Below the pieces are notes generated by a model. The model searched no databases and was not told where the DNA came from. It was given only the letters and a program-made list of their open reading frames with translations. Positions 1 to 12,000 of a stretch of DNA of 64,000 nucleotides are shown in pieces. Location: contig NW_026935164.1 of the NCBI RefSeq assembly GCF_032062105.1, forward strand, positions 248,001-312,000. Reading direction: 5' to 3'. Origin of the DNA: Saccostrea cucullata (taxonomy: Eukaryota). The first letter of the stretch is position 1. Each line of letters begins with the position of its first letter. Position numbers and translations under genes: made by a program.

Positions 1-640
1 AATACTTTTTTCCTAACAAGATGAGAAAATTTTCTAAACAACTTCCTTCAATATTACCCAGCATCACCTTTTGTTTTGAAATTACATAATCATTTTCAAA
101 TGCTTGATACCAATTTTCAAAATTTTTCCCAAAAATAGCTACATGTTTACACTCATAAAAAAGATGAATCAATGTTTCTGGATCTGTTTTACAGAACGAG
201 CAAAGATTATTTTCAGCAATTTTTATCTTGTGAAGAAAAGAATTGGTGGCAAGGAAGCCCATAAGAATTCTATATTGAAAGTAAATTATTTTGGTGTCCT
301 TTGTGCAAATTGAAGCATTCCGCAGAAAAAATTCCCAGTGTTTTTCTGTAATAGGTTCATTTAAATAAATCTCCCATTTTAACTTTTTGGATTCTGGTGC
401 CACAAAATTCTTATCTTTTATAATTTTATACAGAAATTTTATACTTGTCACAGACATCATTTTTTGTATAACACATTTCTCTGGTGCTGCAAGTTGATTG
501 CCTCTTTCTGTCATATAAATAGTTACTTCCCTTTTTACTCTTGCTGGTACTCTTGATACAATATTAAGATAATTTAAAAAATTATTAGTACCAACTATTT
601 TTTTAACATCATTAAAACACCTAAATTTTCCATCATCCGA

Positions 641-3600
641 CTACAAGTCTTTCAATACTTTAATACCTTTTTCCACCCAAGTCTTGTAAAAACTACATTT
701 TTTGATATCAACAAAATTTCTAATATCAGTATATAAATAATCTGTAGCACTCAAAGAATCTTTTTTAATAATTATAAGAGCTTTTATAACATCTTTCCAA
801 AAATCATTGCCTATATAATTCAAAAATTCTGAGAGTTTTTCTTTGGTTAAATATAAAACAAAGTTAAAATTTTTTTGATTAAAAATACAGGAGAATAATT
901 GCTGCCATGCTCCACTGTTGACTGTAAGGACTCTCTTGACCCATTTAAGTTTTATATATGAAATAAAGGAAGATAAATGGATCATGTTTAGTCCACCTTC
1001 TTCAATTTTTCCTATCAATGTATTTCTTTTTACTTTTTCCACCTTATATGCCCAAATGAATTGAAATAAAATTTTATTGATCTCATTAAGTAATTCCTTT
1101 GATGGATTTGGAAGAGCTGAGAATAAGTGTACAAATTTTGGAATAACAAGGGTTTTAATGACTGTTATCTTTCCTATTGGGGTCAAATCTCTTTTTGCCC
1201 AGGATGCAAGCAATTTTTTGATAGAATTTATTTTGGGTCGATAATTGACAGAAACAATATTTTCTAACTTTTTTGTGAAAATTATTCCTAAGAGCTTAAA
1301 GGTATCAGCACTCCAATTAATTTTTAAGTCATCACATAGATTTGATCCTGCCTTGCTTCCCAACCATACTGCTTGAGATTTTGAAATATTAAGCTTCAAA
1401 CCAGAGGCATTACCAAATTTTTCGATTATTTTCATTGATTCTCTCCAAGACTTTTCACTTCCATCTAATGTTAAAAATGAGTCATCTGCATATTGTCCTA
1501 GTTTATTTTCTTTCCCATTAATCGATATACCTTTTATGTGTTCATTATTCTTCAGTGAGATTGCAAGTAGTTCTACAGTAATGATAAAAATGTATGGTGC
1601 CAAAGGGTCTCCCTGTCTACATCCACGTTCAAGATTAAAAAAGGAGGATAAGCTACCATTATTTATCACACAACTTGTGCTGGTTGAGTAAAAGGTTTTA
1701 AACCATTTAACTAATGAATCTCCAAAATTAAAAGACTTTAATGCTTTAACAATAAAATCCCATTCTAAAGAATCAAAACCTTTTTCAAAATCTAATAAAA
1801 GGAGCAAACCAAATTGTTTTTTTATCTTTAAGGTAATCTATTAAGTCGTATAAAAACCTGGTGTTTTCACCTATGAAACGCCCTTTTATAAAACCTTTTT
1901 GGGTATCACTTATAATACTGGACAATACATTCTTGATGCGATTTGCTATGGTACTAGACCCAATTTTGTAATCTACATTTAACAATGAAATAGGTCTCCA
2001 ATTTTTCATATACTTTCTATCCTTTTCCTCTTTTGGAATGCATGTAATTACCCCCTGAGATTGAAACTGTGAAAGTTTTCCAGTTATATACCCTTCATTT
2101 AAAGATTTCAAAACAAAAATACCTATATCTTTCCAGAAAAACTTGTAAAATTCCACTGTAAACCCATCCGATCCTGGGGATTTTTTGTTTTTACATTTTT
2201 TAAAGTTGCACTTGAAGTTCAAAAAACCTTCAAAATTTCCCTTTGTTCATCCGATAATTTGACATTATGTTGTAAAAAGATATTTTCACACAAAAATGTG
2301 TCATTATTATTATTATCCTTTTTACTTTTGTACAAGTTTGAGAAAAAAACCTTTGTTCAAGAATGGCAGACTGGTCTGCAATATGATTACCATCTGAGTT
2401 AATTAATTCAGATATTGTTTTATTTACATAGTTTCTTCTTTCTAATTTACAAAAGTATTCAGAATTTTTTTCACCCATTTCATACCACGTAGCTTTTGGG
2501 CGTAACATTAAACCCTCTATATAGTTCGACCTAGAATTTTGTAAAGTTTGTTTTTTTTTCTTCAAGTATCAAAATATCTTCTTCTTTTCCTGAAATATTG
2601 ACTTTTTCTTCCAAATCTAAGATTTCTTTTTCTAATTTTTTCCTCTCTAGTTTTTGTTTTTTGGACCTTATGGAAGAATATTCTATTGTTAAGGATCTGA
2701 TTTTCATTTTCAAACTTCCCAGAAAAATTGATTACTTATACTAAATTGAATACTCTCCCTTTGTTCAATATCTCCTGATATCATATATTCTGTACTTGTT
2801 TCTGAAATACATTGGGTTACTGTTTCTCTAAAGTCCTTTTCAGGTAATAATTGACAATTAAATTTCCAATAACCTCTTCCTCTATTACTGTCATTTGTTT
2901 TGAATTTTAATACAATTGCTGAATGATCTGTTCTATACCCTAGGATTACTTTGGTATCTAATACTCTACTAAAAATACAATCAGAAACAAGAAAGTAGTC
3001 AATTCTACTTTGAATAACTGGATTTGATCTTCTCCATGTGTATTGTCTAACTTCTTCATTCCAGATTCTCCATGGATCATAAATTTCAAGTTCGCTCTTT
3101 ATATTCTTTATTACTTCATTTGCCTTTGGATTATTAAGATTTTTAACATTGAAAGTGTCAAGTTCTTTATTTTGGACCACATTCCAATCCCCACACATGA
3201 GGATTGACATGTTTTCTAATTTTGTAATTTCTTCATAAATATTTTGAAAAAATTCTGGATTATCATTATTTGGACCATACAAATTTACCAAAGTAAATCT
3301 CAAATTATTTGCTGAAATATCCATTATGATATATCTACCTGAAGAGTCACATTTAACTGAATGGATATCTAATTCAAAGTTATTTTTGAAAAGTATTGCG
3401 ACACCAGCTGAGCTGCTTGTATAACTACTAAAATATTTGTAGCCCCACTCTGATTCCCATAACCTTGAAGTCTCATGAGTACTATGTGTTTCTTGAAAAC
3501 AAACAATAGAGATATTTTTTTTTCTAACCCAATTAAACACATCCCGACGTTTTTGGCTGTAAGAAGAGAAACCTCTTACATTCATACTCAATATACCTAA

Positions 3601-3645
3601 CATTTCTACTTTGTTGGTCATTTTAGTTGTCACATCACATGTCAT
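641..3645 (-). pseudogene. LINE ORF2, endonuclease/reverse transcriptase (frameshifted)
   Basis: Five consecutive ORF-track fragments carry APE then RT motifs in canonical order. Confidence 0.92.
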
Positions 3646-4025
3646 AAAAAGTTTGCATTCTTATTAAACATTCTTTTTCTTACCCAGTTAAATACATCCC
3701 TACGTTTTTGACAATTCTATGAAAATCCTCTAACATTCATACTTAAAATATTTATGCTCACAACCTTTGACATGTGTAACCAGTTAGTCCCTACATTCTA
3801 AATCAAGAAAAAAAAATGATATATTTGAAAGACATTGAGAACTCAGATAAACTATTATTCTGATTAATTACATCTATTAATGGAAAGTGCACACACAAAC
3901 ATACACACACACACTCAAACATAGAAAACTACAAGAAGATAATAACTTTTTACATGTTTTAGGCATACCTCGCCTTTAGGCAAATGTCACCCTTGTCCTC
4001 CGAGCTCCTCCTGTTTATAATATAT

Positions 4026-4740
4026 TTATCTTCCAAGAAGTTTTTTGTCAATATCATCTGTCACATCCATCCTGTGTTGATTCCCCTGTAAGTCTAACAC
4101 ATATATATGTCCATTATAATACCACGCACTATCCACGAAATGCTGTCTCTCTTCTGCCCTCAGTTTTCTCAGCAGCTGCGCGTTCATGTTGGTTATGTGA
4201 TCCAGCATTATAAAGTCCTCTTTTAGCTGTTCTCTCTTTACAATCACTGATCTCCTCACCTCACTACTTATGAATTTTACGATGACAGGTCTTGGGTGAT
4301 TCTTGTCATTCGTAGGAATTCTGTGGATTGCCAGAATGTCTCTTGGATCCAAAGTGACTCCTCCATTTTCTGCCACCAGCGCACATAACTCCTCCTTTAA
4401 CTTCTGTCCCTTTCGTTCTGGCCAATTCAAAATTTTGATGCTATTTTTCATGGAGTATTGTTGGTTCATGTTTGCCATACTGATGGCTGTACTGGCTACT
4501 CCATTTATTTCTTTCATCTGTTTTTCCAGGGTAGTGATCCTGTTTTTCAACTGAGAAACATTATCCATGTTAGTGTCATTATCCATCATTAAGCTGTCAA
4601 CCTTGTCAGAGAGCTGTTTTCTATTTTCCTGTCCATGGCATTCTTATTTTCTTCCAGATCCTGACTCATCTCTGTTTTAAGTTCCTTTAGCATCTCCTCC
4701 TTGATTTCCTCTTTGATCTCCTCCTTCAGCTCTTCCTTCA
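4026..4740 (-). pseudogene. LINE ORF1 (coiled coil + RRM-like), 5'-truncated
   Basis: Coiled-coil stretch followed by the HRI/PRPVIVKF motif typical of L1/Tx1 ORF1p; lies directly upstream of ORF2. Confidence 0.8.
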
Positions 4741-4934
4741 TCGAATATCGATTCTACCAGTAAAGCGACAGCGTAACTAGGATGAAGTCATTTAAAACCC
4801 CGATCCCGATATTAAATATACTTAGCTCAAAAAATTAGCACGTCCAGTCGGGCGCGCGTATAAACAAACTTGTACGTCCGCGCCGAAAGTTATGCGACTC
4901 GGGCGGACGGTTATTTCAAACACTGCTTTTCCCC

Positions 4935-5345
4935 CTAGCCCACTCGACTCGTTTCTTTATGTTTACATCTCGGATTCGTATGTTTTTTTCTTACAACTCG
5001 TCTGTGGTATTTATTTCGGAACAAACATCTTTTTACAGTTACTTCTGAAACAGTATTCCCCCGAAACTGGTTGAATCTGGCAGTGATATCTTTCAGAGGT
5101 TCGACACGATGTGTTTTTACTAACCTCAAAATTGACCGTTCGTCCTGCACACTAAGTTTTTTCTTTCTTCCCGTTCTAGGCTTATTCTCCACCGAACCCC
5201 GTTCCTGATATCGTTTTATCACAGCACAAACTGTACATCGATTTAATCCTAGGCACTTTGCAATTTCTGATTGTTTTATTCCACTCTGAAAACTATTTAC
5301 GATCCTTTGTTTTAAGCTTGGTGATAAATCTTTCGCCTTTCCCAT
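4935..5345 (-). pseudogene. Tc1/mariner transposase N-terminal fragment (paired HTH)
   Basis: MGKAKDLS..EIAKCLGLNRCTV..KPRTGRKKKLS..DERSILRLV; no catalytic domain. Confidence 0.88.
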
Positions 5346-5556
5346 TCTCTGTTTACATACAGAATGACGTAATTTATTGCATCACAATCATGATACGTCA
5401 TATCTTATTATAACATAATACGTCATTTAACCCAGTCATGTGCCCTTTTTATTCAAACATGCAATCTGATAGGAGCTACAGATAAATAAGAGTGAACGTT
5501 TCTTTTTAACTGCAATTGGAACGCCATTTTGTTTATAATATTATGATCCGTCGCTG

Positions 5557-5955
5557 TAGGACTGGGCAATAATATCGATATTTCAATATATTGCAATACA
5601 ATGACAAAAAATATCGTATCGCAATACGATTTTGTAATATCGATATATTGGCAATATGCTTAGATTAAGGAATTTTGTCATTAAATATAAAAATGGACTT
5701 ATGAAAGTTTGTTATTAAGCCAAACAGTAAGTCAGAAGTTGTTTTGTGGGAACATTTCAGAGCATAATTTAAATGAAATCAACAAGATTGTTTTTCCATG
5801 TTGGTTATTTATCATAATTATGTACATTCTGCATGTAAATTAAAGTAAATATGGTAAGAAAATGCCATTTTTATTACCTTGAAAATATTGCAATACATAT
5901 CGCAATACAGTTAAAAATATCGCAATACGAAATCTTGGGCCAATACCCAGCCCTA
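5557..5955. mobile_element. Non-autonomous DNA element (MITE)
   Basis: Imperfect terminal inverted repeats TAGGACTGGG..CCCAGCCCTA with repeated subterminal ATCGCAATAC motifs; no TSD seen. Confidence 0.65.
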
Positions 5956-6278
5956 ATAGAAGCACTGTCGTATGGAATGAGGATCACACGTGTCTGTGTA
6001 ATATCTCTGCGTTTCTGTAAGTCGGTGGCAATGATAGCTCTGTGTTTGTCTTCTTTTTCAGAATCGGAGATGATTTTTTTACGATGTTGTCAGCATGTTG
6101 TTAAAATCTTTTTTCACTATATATAGACGTCACCATATATCGATGAAGGCCGTGAAATATAGTCCTTTACTTCGCACTCAGGACCATCGAAGACCTTTAT
6201 CGTGCCAGTGCCTACTGTGACACAGTACCACCGTTTATAGGGCCTTATCCAATAATCCGCAACTGTCATTTCAAAGTG

Positions 6279-6619
6279 GGTCGCCCGCGTGGCACAGTGG
6301 TTAGAGCGTCTGCTTTATAGTCGCAAAGTAAGCCCACGTGGCACAATGGGTAGGTCGTCTGCTCTAGATTTGCTAAGTAAAGAGTTTATCCTTATGTTGC
6401 TGGTTCGAATCCAACTGTGGGACATGGGGACCAGTCCTTCGGATGAGACCGTATGCACCGAGGTCCCGTGTCGTAGTAGTTGCTGGCACGAAAAAGATCC
6501 CTCCCTACTCAATGGCCCTGCGTTGCGAGAATAGGACAAAATTTGCAGCTTACCACCAGCAATGGATGGCGTCTTCAAATAAGTTAAAAATTCTCGAGAG
6601 GGAACATACAAACAAACAC
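6279..6619 (+). mobile_element. tRNA-derived SINE inserted in an older, opposite-strand SINE
   Basis: A box TGGCACAGTGGTTAGAGC, B box GGTTCGAATCC, core TCGGATGAGACC..CCGAGGTCCCGTGTC..AAAGATCCC, (CAAA)n tail; flanked by TTCAAAGTG direct repeat. Confidence 0.85.
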
Positions 6620-6709
6620 TTCAAAGTGTCGAGCGCCAACACTTAAAACAGTTCAGTGTCCAGCGCTTGGCGAATGAACAGCTGCTACCTATTTTTAAAC
6701 GACATCATT

Positions 6710-6945
6710 GGCGTGGCGCAGAGGCTATAGCGTGGAGTCGATCCTTACCTTGCGGATTCGAACTTCCCTGTGGGACGTGGAAACCGGACCTTGGGATGAG
6801 ACTGTATAAATCGAGGTCCCGTGTCGGCAGGAAAAAAGATCCGTCGCTGCTCAATGGCCCTGAGTGCAGAGAATATGACAAAATTTGCTGCTCTGCACCG
6901 CCAAATGGTGGCGCGTCTTCTTGTGAGGGACGTTAAAAACAAACA
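6710..6945 (+). mobile_element. tRNA-derived SINE (degenerate)
   Basis: Same core and tail as 6279-6619. Confidence 0.75.
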
Positions 6946-7399
6946 CATGAAACATTAAAAATTTTCCACTCGTATATTCTGGTGAAGGTCTTAAAAGTTT
7001 AAACTTGACTCGACACTCAGGGTCTTTGAACAGTAAGGGGTCATTAGAGTGCTAAAGCCTGTCATGACTTCAATACACGACCTCCCGATCAGACTGAGCT
7101 TCCAAGACGATTGGAGTAAATTTTATTTAATAGTTTCGGTACTTTCTTTAATCTTCGTTTCTCAAGAAAACTTCTTTGCACGACCGCTTGCCTCTTCTCT
7201 ATAATTATATTTATAGGGAAATGTTCGATCAGTGCGTTCGTTACACAGAATCACAGGTTGTTCGTGGCTTATCTTGCGGGGCATCCCTTTCATTTTTTTT
7301 TATGTTGTACAATTTTATTTGATGTATGTTATATTTTTAACGAAAGCAACGATCCTATTTTAAATAAAAATGGGCAAATGGAAGGTCCATGGTCGGTCG

Positions 7400-7876
7400 C
7401 ATGTTTACTTGAAAAAGACGTCGATGGTAATTTAACAACCAAACTCTATGATAAACGTGATGACTTTAACTTTTCCATTGTCAACTTCCCTTACTTATGC
7501 AGCAGTATACTTTAATCACCTGCATACGGGAGTTATATATCTCCGTTGATTCGATACGCAAGCGCATGATCTACGCATGAACAATTTCTAAAATGGGGTA
7601 TATTATTGACAAACAAGTTGATGAAAGAAGAATATCAACAGTCTCGTTTAAATTTTGGAAATTCTATGGTCAATACAATGACCTTGTCAGCAAATACAAT
7701 TTATCATCGAGTCAAATGCTGACTATGTTTTTCATAATAATTGTTAGTCCATTATTTATACATTGGATTGACGACGGATTTTTCCGTTATTTTCCGATCA
7801 TGACAAGGAGCTCACGGTGGGAGTGACCGGTCGGCAGGGGATGCTCACTCCTCCATGGCACCCGATCCCACCTCTA
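7400..7876 (+). mobile_element. Penelope-like retroelement 3' RT fragment plus terminal repeat
   Basis: TKLYDKRDDFNFSIVNFPYL..PAYG..ISPLIRYA (RT thumb-like), then a GTGACCGGTCGGCAGGGGATGCTCACTCC..ATCCCACCTCT segment with relatives at ~39267 and, inverted, ~49500-49660. Confidence 0.6.
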
Positions 7877-7877
7877 A

Positions 7878-7990
7878 TTTTTTAGCTCTACTGGTCAGAG
7901 ACCAGAAGAGCTTATGCGATAGTAATGCATCCGTCCGTCTGTCTGTAAACAATTTTTCAAAATGCTACTCCTCCTATAGTTTTGGTCTAT
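7878..7990 (-). mobile_element. Truncated HINE terminus, same family as 29106-30335
   Basis: Reverse complement of the hairpin AGCTCTTCTGG..CCAGTAGAGCT and the ACGG/ACAG microsatellite seen at 30260-30335. Confidence 0.75.
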
Positions 7991-8167
7991 AAGTATAAAC
8001 CAGTAGAGCTACAGTCTCGACAGAGACTTCTGGTTGGAGTCCCGTGTTTGCTCTGCACCTGTTTTGTATTGTTGTATGGACTTTAGATCTCGAATACTGT
8101 CCAATCGTGGCGTAACTCCAGAGTCATAGCTGTTGTCTAAGCGCGCGAACCGAAAACTTCTATTGAG

Positions 8168-8476
8168 GTGGTCGCCCGCGTATGGCAGTGGTTTGATCGT
8201 CTGCTCTAAGAGTCACGAATCAAGGAGTTGAATCCAACGTCACGGGTTCGAATCCCACTGTGGGACGTGGAGATCGGACCTTCGCATGATACCGTATACC
8301 AGGAAACCGAGGTCGCGTGTCGCAGTAGGTGCTGGCACGAAAAAGATCCCTTCTTGCTCAATTGCCCTGACTGCCGAGCATAGGTCAACATTTGCAGCTC
8401 TCCACCGGCAAGTAGTGACGTCTCTATGTGAGTGAACAATTCTCTAGAGGTACGTTAAACAACATACAATCAATCA
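8168..8476 (+). mobile_element. tRNA-derived SINE, near full length
   Basis: GGTCGCCCGCG head, GGTTCGAATCCC B box, shared core, (CAAT)n tail. Confidence 0.85.
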
Positions 8477-8539
8477 GTTTAGTGAAGTAGGCAGTGTTTA
8501 AGGGCTGATAAATTGTAGTTCTAGGTTTATTCCGGAGGT

Positions 8540-8662
8540 TGTAATGTTTAGTATCACATATTGTCATTGATATAAGCACTGCAAATATGTATTTGTATGT
8601 TGTAAGCGGCCAGATCTATATTTAAATAAAGTATTGAACGCCATCTTGGTTATAATTTTACA
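8540..8662 (+). repeat. 5' LTR of Gypsy A
   Basis: TGTAATGTTT...TTTACA, contains AATAAA, followed by the PBS. Confidence 0.93.
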
Positions 8663-8674
8663 TGGTGTCAGAAG
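8663..8674 (+). promoter_or_regulatory. Primer-binding site (tRNA-Leu type)
   Basis: TGGTGTCAGAAG immediately after the 5' LTR. Confidence 0.85.
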
Positions 8675-9263
8675 CTAAAACCGTAAAACGCAAGGATTAA
8701 TGGGGCAATTAAAGCCTCCAGACCATCTTTCGATGGAAGGAAGTCTTGCAGAGAATTGGAAGGAGTGGATACAAGGCTTTGAGCTTTATCTTACAGCCAC
8801 AGGAATTTGAGAAAAAACCGAAAAGGTACAAGTAGCATCTTTCTTGCACGTGGGTGGCTAATTCGAGTTTCCTCTGACTCTAACCCCTGCTTTAATATTG
8901 TGGCTTGTGCAGGGGAGAGTCAGAGCGGAGACCATATTGAAAAGTGGGAATTCAGCGACACCAGCTGGTGTCGCAACTCTGCCTAACTTTTACAACTTTA
9001 GTTCGCGCAGCTAACTCCCGAGACGCGATAAATCAGTAAAGAGATGATTCTTCTACAACTAAATCGTCATTAAAAGGATGCTTCAGTCATTTTAAGTGCC
9101 CTATCACCGACAAATGAAGCATCACTTAAATTTAGGACGCCTCCTCGCCATTCCACTTCTTTGCGCAACCGTCAGTAAACATGGCTGTTTCTGGCATATC
9201 AAACTTGATGAGCTCAGTTCCAAGTTATTGACATTCAATACCCCGGTTGGCCGGTATTATTAG

Positions 9264-10023
9264 TTACCCCACCTCTGTTGATTTTTCCGTGAAATCCTGG
9301 CTTACGATTGGTTATAGTCTGTCACGTGAAAGCGGTGGATTACTTATACCCGGTCAGTTGTAAATCCATACCCGGTCAGTTGTAAATCTATACCCGGTCG
9401 ATGTAATACGTCACAAACACAAACGTGACGTCATAATAGGCAAAGTATAAGCGTGATGAAGCATTTAGCAGAGAAAACCATTTATAAACTACAGATAAAA
9501 CGTAAATGTTTCATCGGTGGGGTAAATTCGTTACATAATCTTTTAGTGACAGGGTATGGGATGATACCTGGTTAGTAAATTTAGTCGGCTCCGCCTCGCC
9601 AGGTATGAAATTTCAGGTATCAATTCACTAAAAGACTATGTAACTAATATTACATAGTCTTTTAGTGACAGGGTACGGGATGATACCTGGTTAGTAAATT
9701 AGTAAAGGCGGAGCCGAGTCAGGTATGAAATTTCATAACCAGGTATCATTCCGTACTCTATCACTAAAAGACTATGTAACGAATTTACCCCACCGATGAA
9801 ACATTTACGTATTATCTGTGATTTATTAATGTTTTTCTCTGCTACACGCTTCATCATGCTTATACTGTGCCTATTATGACGTCACGTTGTGTTAGTTAAG
9901 CCACACATCGACGGGGTGTAGATTTACAACTGACCGGATATAAGTAATCGACCTCGTTCACGTGACAGACTTCAACCAATCGTAAGCCAGGATTTCACGG
10001 AAAAATCAACAGAGGTGGGGTAA
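9264..10023. mobile_element. Foldback (long inverted-repeat) element
   Basis: TTACCCCACCTCTGTTGATTTTTCCGTGAAATCCTGGCTTACGATTGGTT at the left end and its exact reverse complement at the right end; the arms keep pairing inward for ~270 bp. Confidence 0.9.
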
Positions 10024-10437
10024 AGGTACCTACGGTACGTTTGCCTTTTGGAATAAGCTCCGCACCGGAAGCGTTCTCTAAACGGGTACAAGAGATGTTT
10101 TCTGACTTGAAGGGCGTGGATTTCATTGTCGACGACTTGTAAGTGTGAGGTGAGACCACCGCGGAACATGATTCCTGTGTACAACATATGTTACAACGGT
10201 GTCGCGAAAAGAACTTTTAAGTTAAATAAGAGTAATGTGGAGTTCCGTGTACCAGAAGTGAGGTACATAAGACACTTGATTTCGAACAGTTGTATCAAAG
10301 TAGATCCTGAGAAAGTACGAGCCATAGTAGATATGCCTTCTCCAACGGATGTATCAGGAGTGAAACGTGTGTTAGGTGTTGTTTACATACAGACTGTGGA
10401 CAAAAGTATTCGCACGATCGCGTCATTTTTAAACATG

Positions 10438-10894
10438 TGTAACAGGACTGTCTAGGGGTTAGTCCCGAACATAAGTCCGAGTTCAGAAGGATAAAAGAAT
10501 AACAAGAATTTCAGTGTTTAAAGAATTAGATTCTATATTCTGTTGCAATATTTACAATTTAACACAAACGTAAAAGATATGAAACAATATCATATAAAAT
10601 CCAAGAATGCAATAGTTACCATTATAGTAGAAATTTAGCCCCAGTCCACAAAAATACGTCTAATTGATAGTTAAAGATACTTCAGACTGCTGATTAAATA
10701 AATGTACATAACATATAATAATAGTAAATCCCGGCAGGGTACTATAGACCCGGGCGCGCCCAACCCGGACGGGTTATAAACAAAGGGGAATAACTCTAAA
10801 CAACAAGTAATGACGAATAGAGAGAAATATGAATATACATAAATACACTGTGATTACATACGCATATAATTAAATACATATAAAAACCACCACA
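10438..10894 (-). repeat. 3' LTR of Gypsy B
   Basis: TGTGGTGG...GTTACA on the minus strand; near-identical to 15995-16440. Confidence 0.88.
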
Positions 10895-11161
10895 CTCCCC
10901 CTTCCTTAGGACCTAATATGGATGAAAATACACATTAGTCCAAAAATAATCACATGTATGTCTTATAAATCCAAGTAATAATTCAAATTAACATACATTC
11001 AATTATCATAAAATATAATGTACATGCATCAGCATTTAGAAACTTTAAGATAATAGACATTCAATCAATTACATGTACAGTTATATAAACACTTTTTAAA
11101 CAATAAATAAACAATGTCATAACTTTCGCATATTTACACAGTTCATCACAGTTGATCGCAC

Positions 11162-12000
11162 TTACTCCTCGAAAAGTTTGTCCATCGATCGCAATTTCCT
11201 CAATTCGCCCTCTAACTCACGGTTCTTCTTCTCCAGTTGGTGTCTCATATCCCTCTCTCGCTCCAGTTCCGTTCTGTCTCAATCCTCGATTCTTTTCTTC
11301 ACCAGCGCTCTGGCCCTTCCTATGATGTCCATGCTATTTCAAAGCCACATGAGGCATGATTGTAGTTCCTCGGAATTACCTGCCTCTGGAAGGTTTGGTA
11401 GGCTGAGGGTTGGTAAGCCCACGTTGTTTGGGTCCCTATAGACTGGTGATCTGGGATTTTCCGGTCCCTGTACTCCTGGAAAGTAAGCTTTCTCTTCTTG
11501 CTGCTGGTCTCTAGCTCTCCTTCCTCGAGAACGGTTGTTACTGCAGTGGACAGTCTGAGTAGAAAGACTACTCTCTACATCCATCGGGGTAATTCCATCA
11601 TCTGCACTGGAATCCGCTTGTTCCTGGATCACTGCTGGATCAGTAGCTTCCCTCATGCAGCCTCCTTTGAATGTGTATAGACCTTGGTCTAAATAACTCC
11701 ACTCTGTCCTGATTGCTCTCATGTGCTCGGCGAATGTGAGTCCTCATGTCTGATTTCCTCCTGCATTCTGCACTGCAACCATTGACCGAACATAAGTATT
11801 TTGTAATGGACAGTTTGTGTCTCTCCTCCCAGTGTCTGGAGAATGTGGATTTGGAGGGAAACTTTGTCCCTTTGCATCCTAGGACAGGGCAGACCATTCC
11901 TGAAGGATCGTAGAGGACTTCGATATAATCTGTTTGGCACTGTCCAAGGACAGCATTGACTTCACTCTTGTCCGCGAATAATTCTAGAAAATCTGTAGCC
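11162..12000 (-). pseudogene. Gypsy B additional ORF: two C2H2 zinc fingers + C-terminal coiled coil (disrupted)
   Basis: CPVLGC..FSRHWEERH and YLCSVNGC..MRTHIRRAH; frameshift near 11700; tail ..TELERERDMRHQLEKKNRELEGELRKLRSMDKLFEE* with two in-frame TGA; acceptor-like TATTTCAG|GCT at 12001/12000. Confidence 0.75.

Larger units (their letters stand above)
1..4740 (-). mobile_element. Degenerate L1/Tx1-clade LINE (ORF1 + APE-RT-CCHC ORF2), runs off the window start
   Basis: ORF1 fragment 4026-4589 (AIHRI..PRPVIVKF). APE endonuclease 2710-3645 (SMNVRG, FQETH, GDWN, SRIDY, TDH). RT pieces 641-2565 (PGSDG, WRPISLLN, DFEKGFD, RQGDP, YADD). C-terminal CSFC..ETLIHLFYEC near 140-200. Several frameshifts. 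Confidence 0.92.

Noticed and set aside
6279-6420. tRNA gene
   Set aside because: A and B boxes are followed by the SINE core and tail; no complete cloverleaf. The same applies at 8168 and 21670-21757
7400-8100. Hammerhead ribozyme associated with the Penelope-like fragment
   Set aside because: No CTGATGA..GAAA core with supporting stems found by eye on either strand
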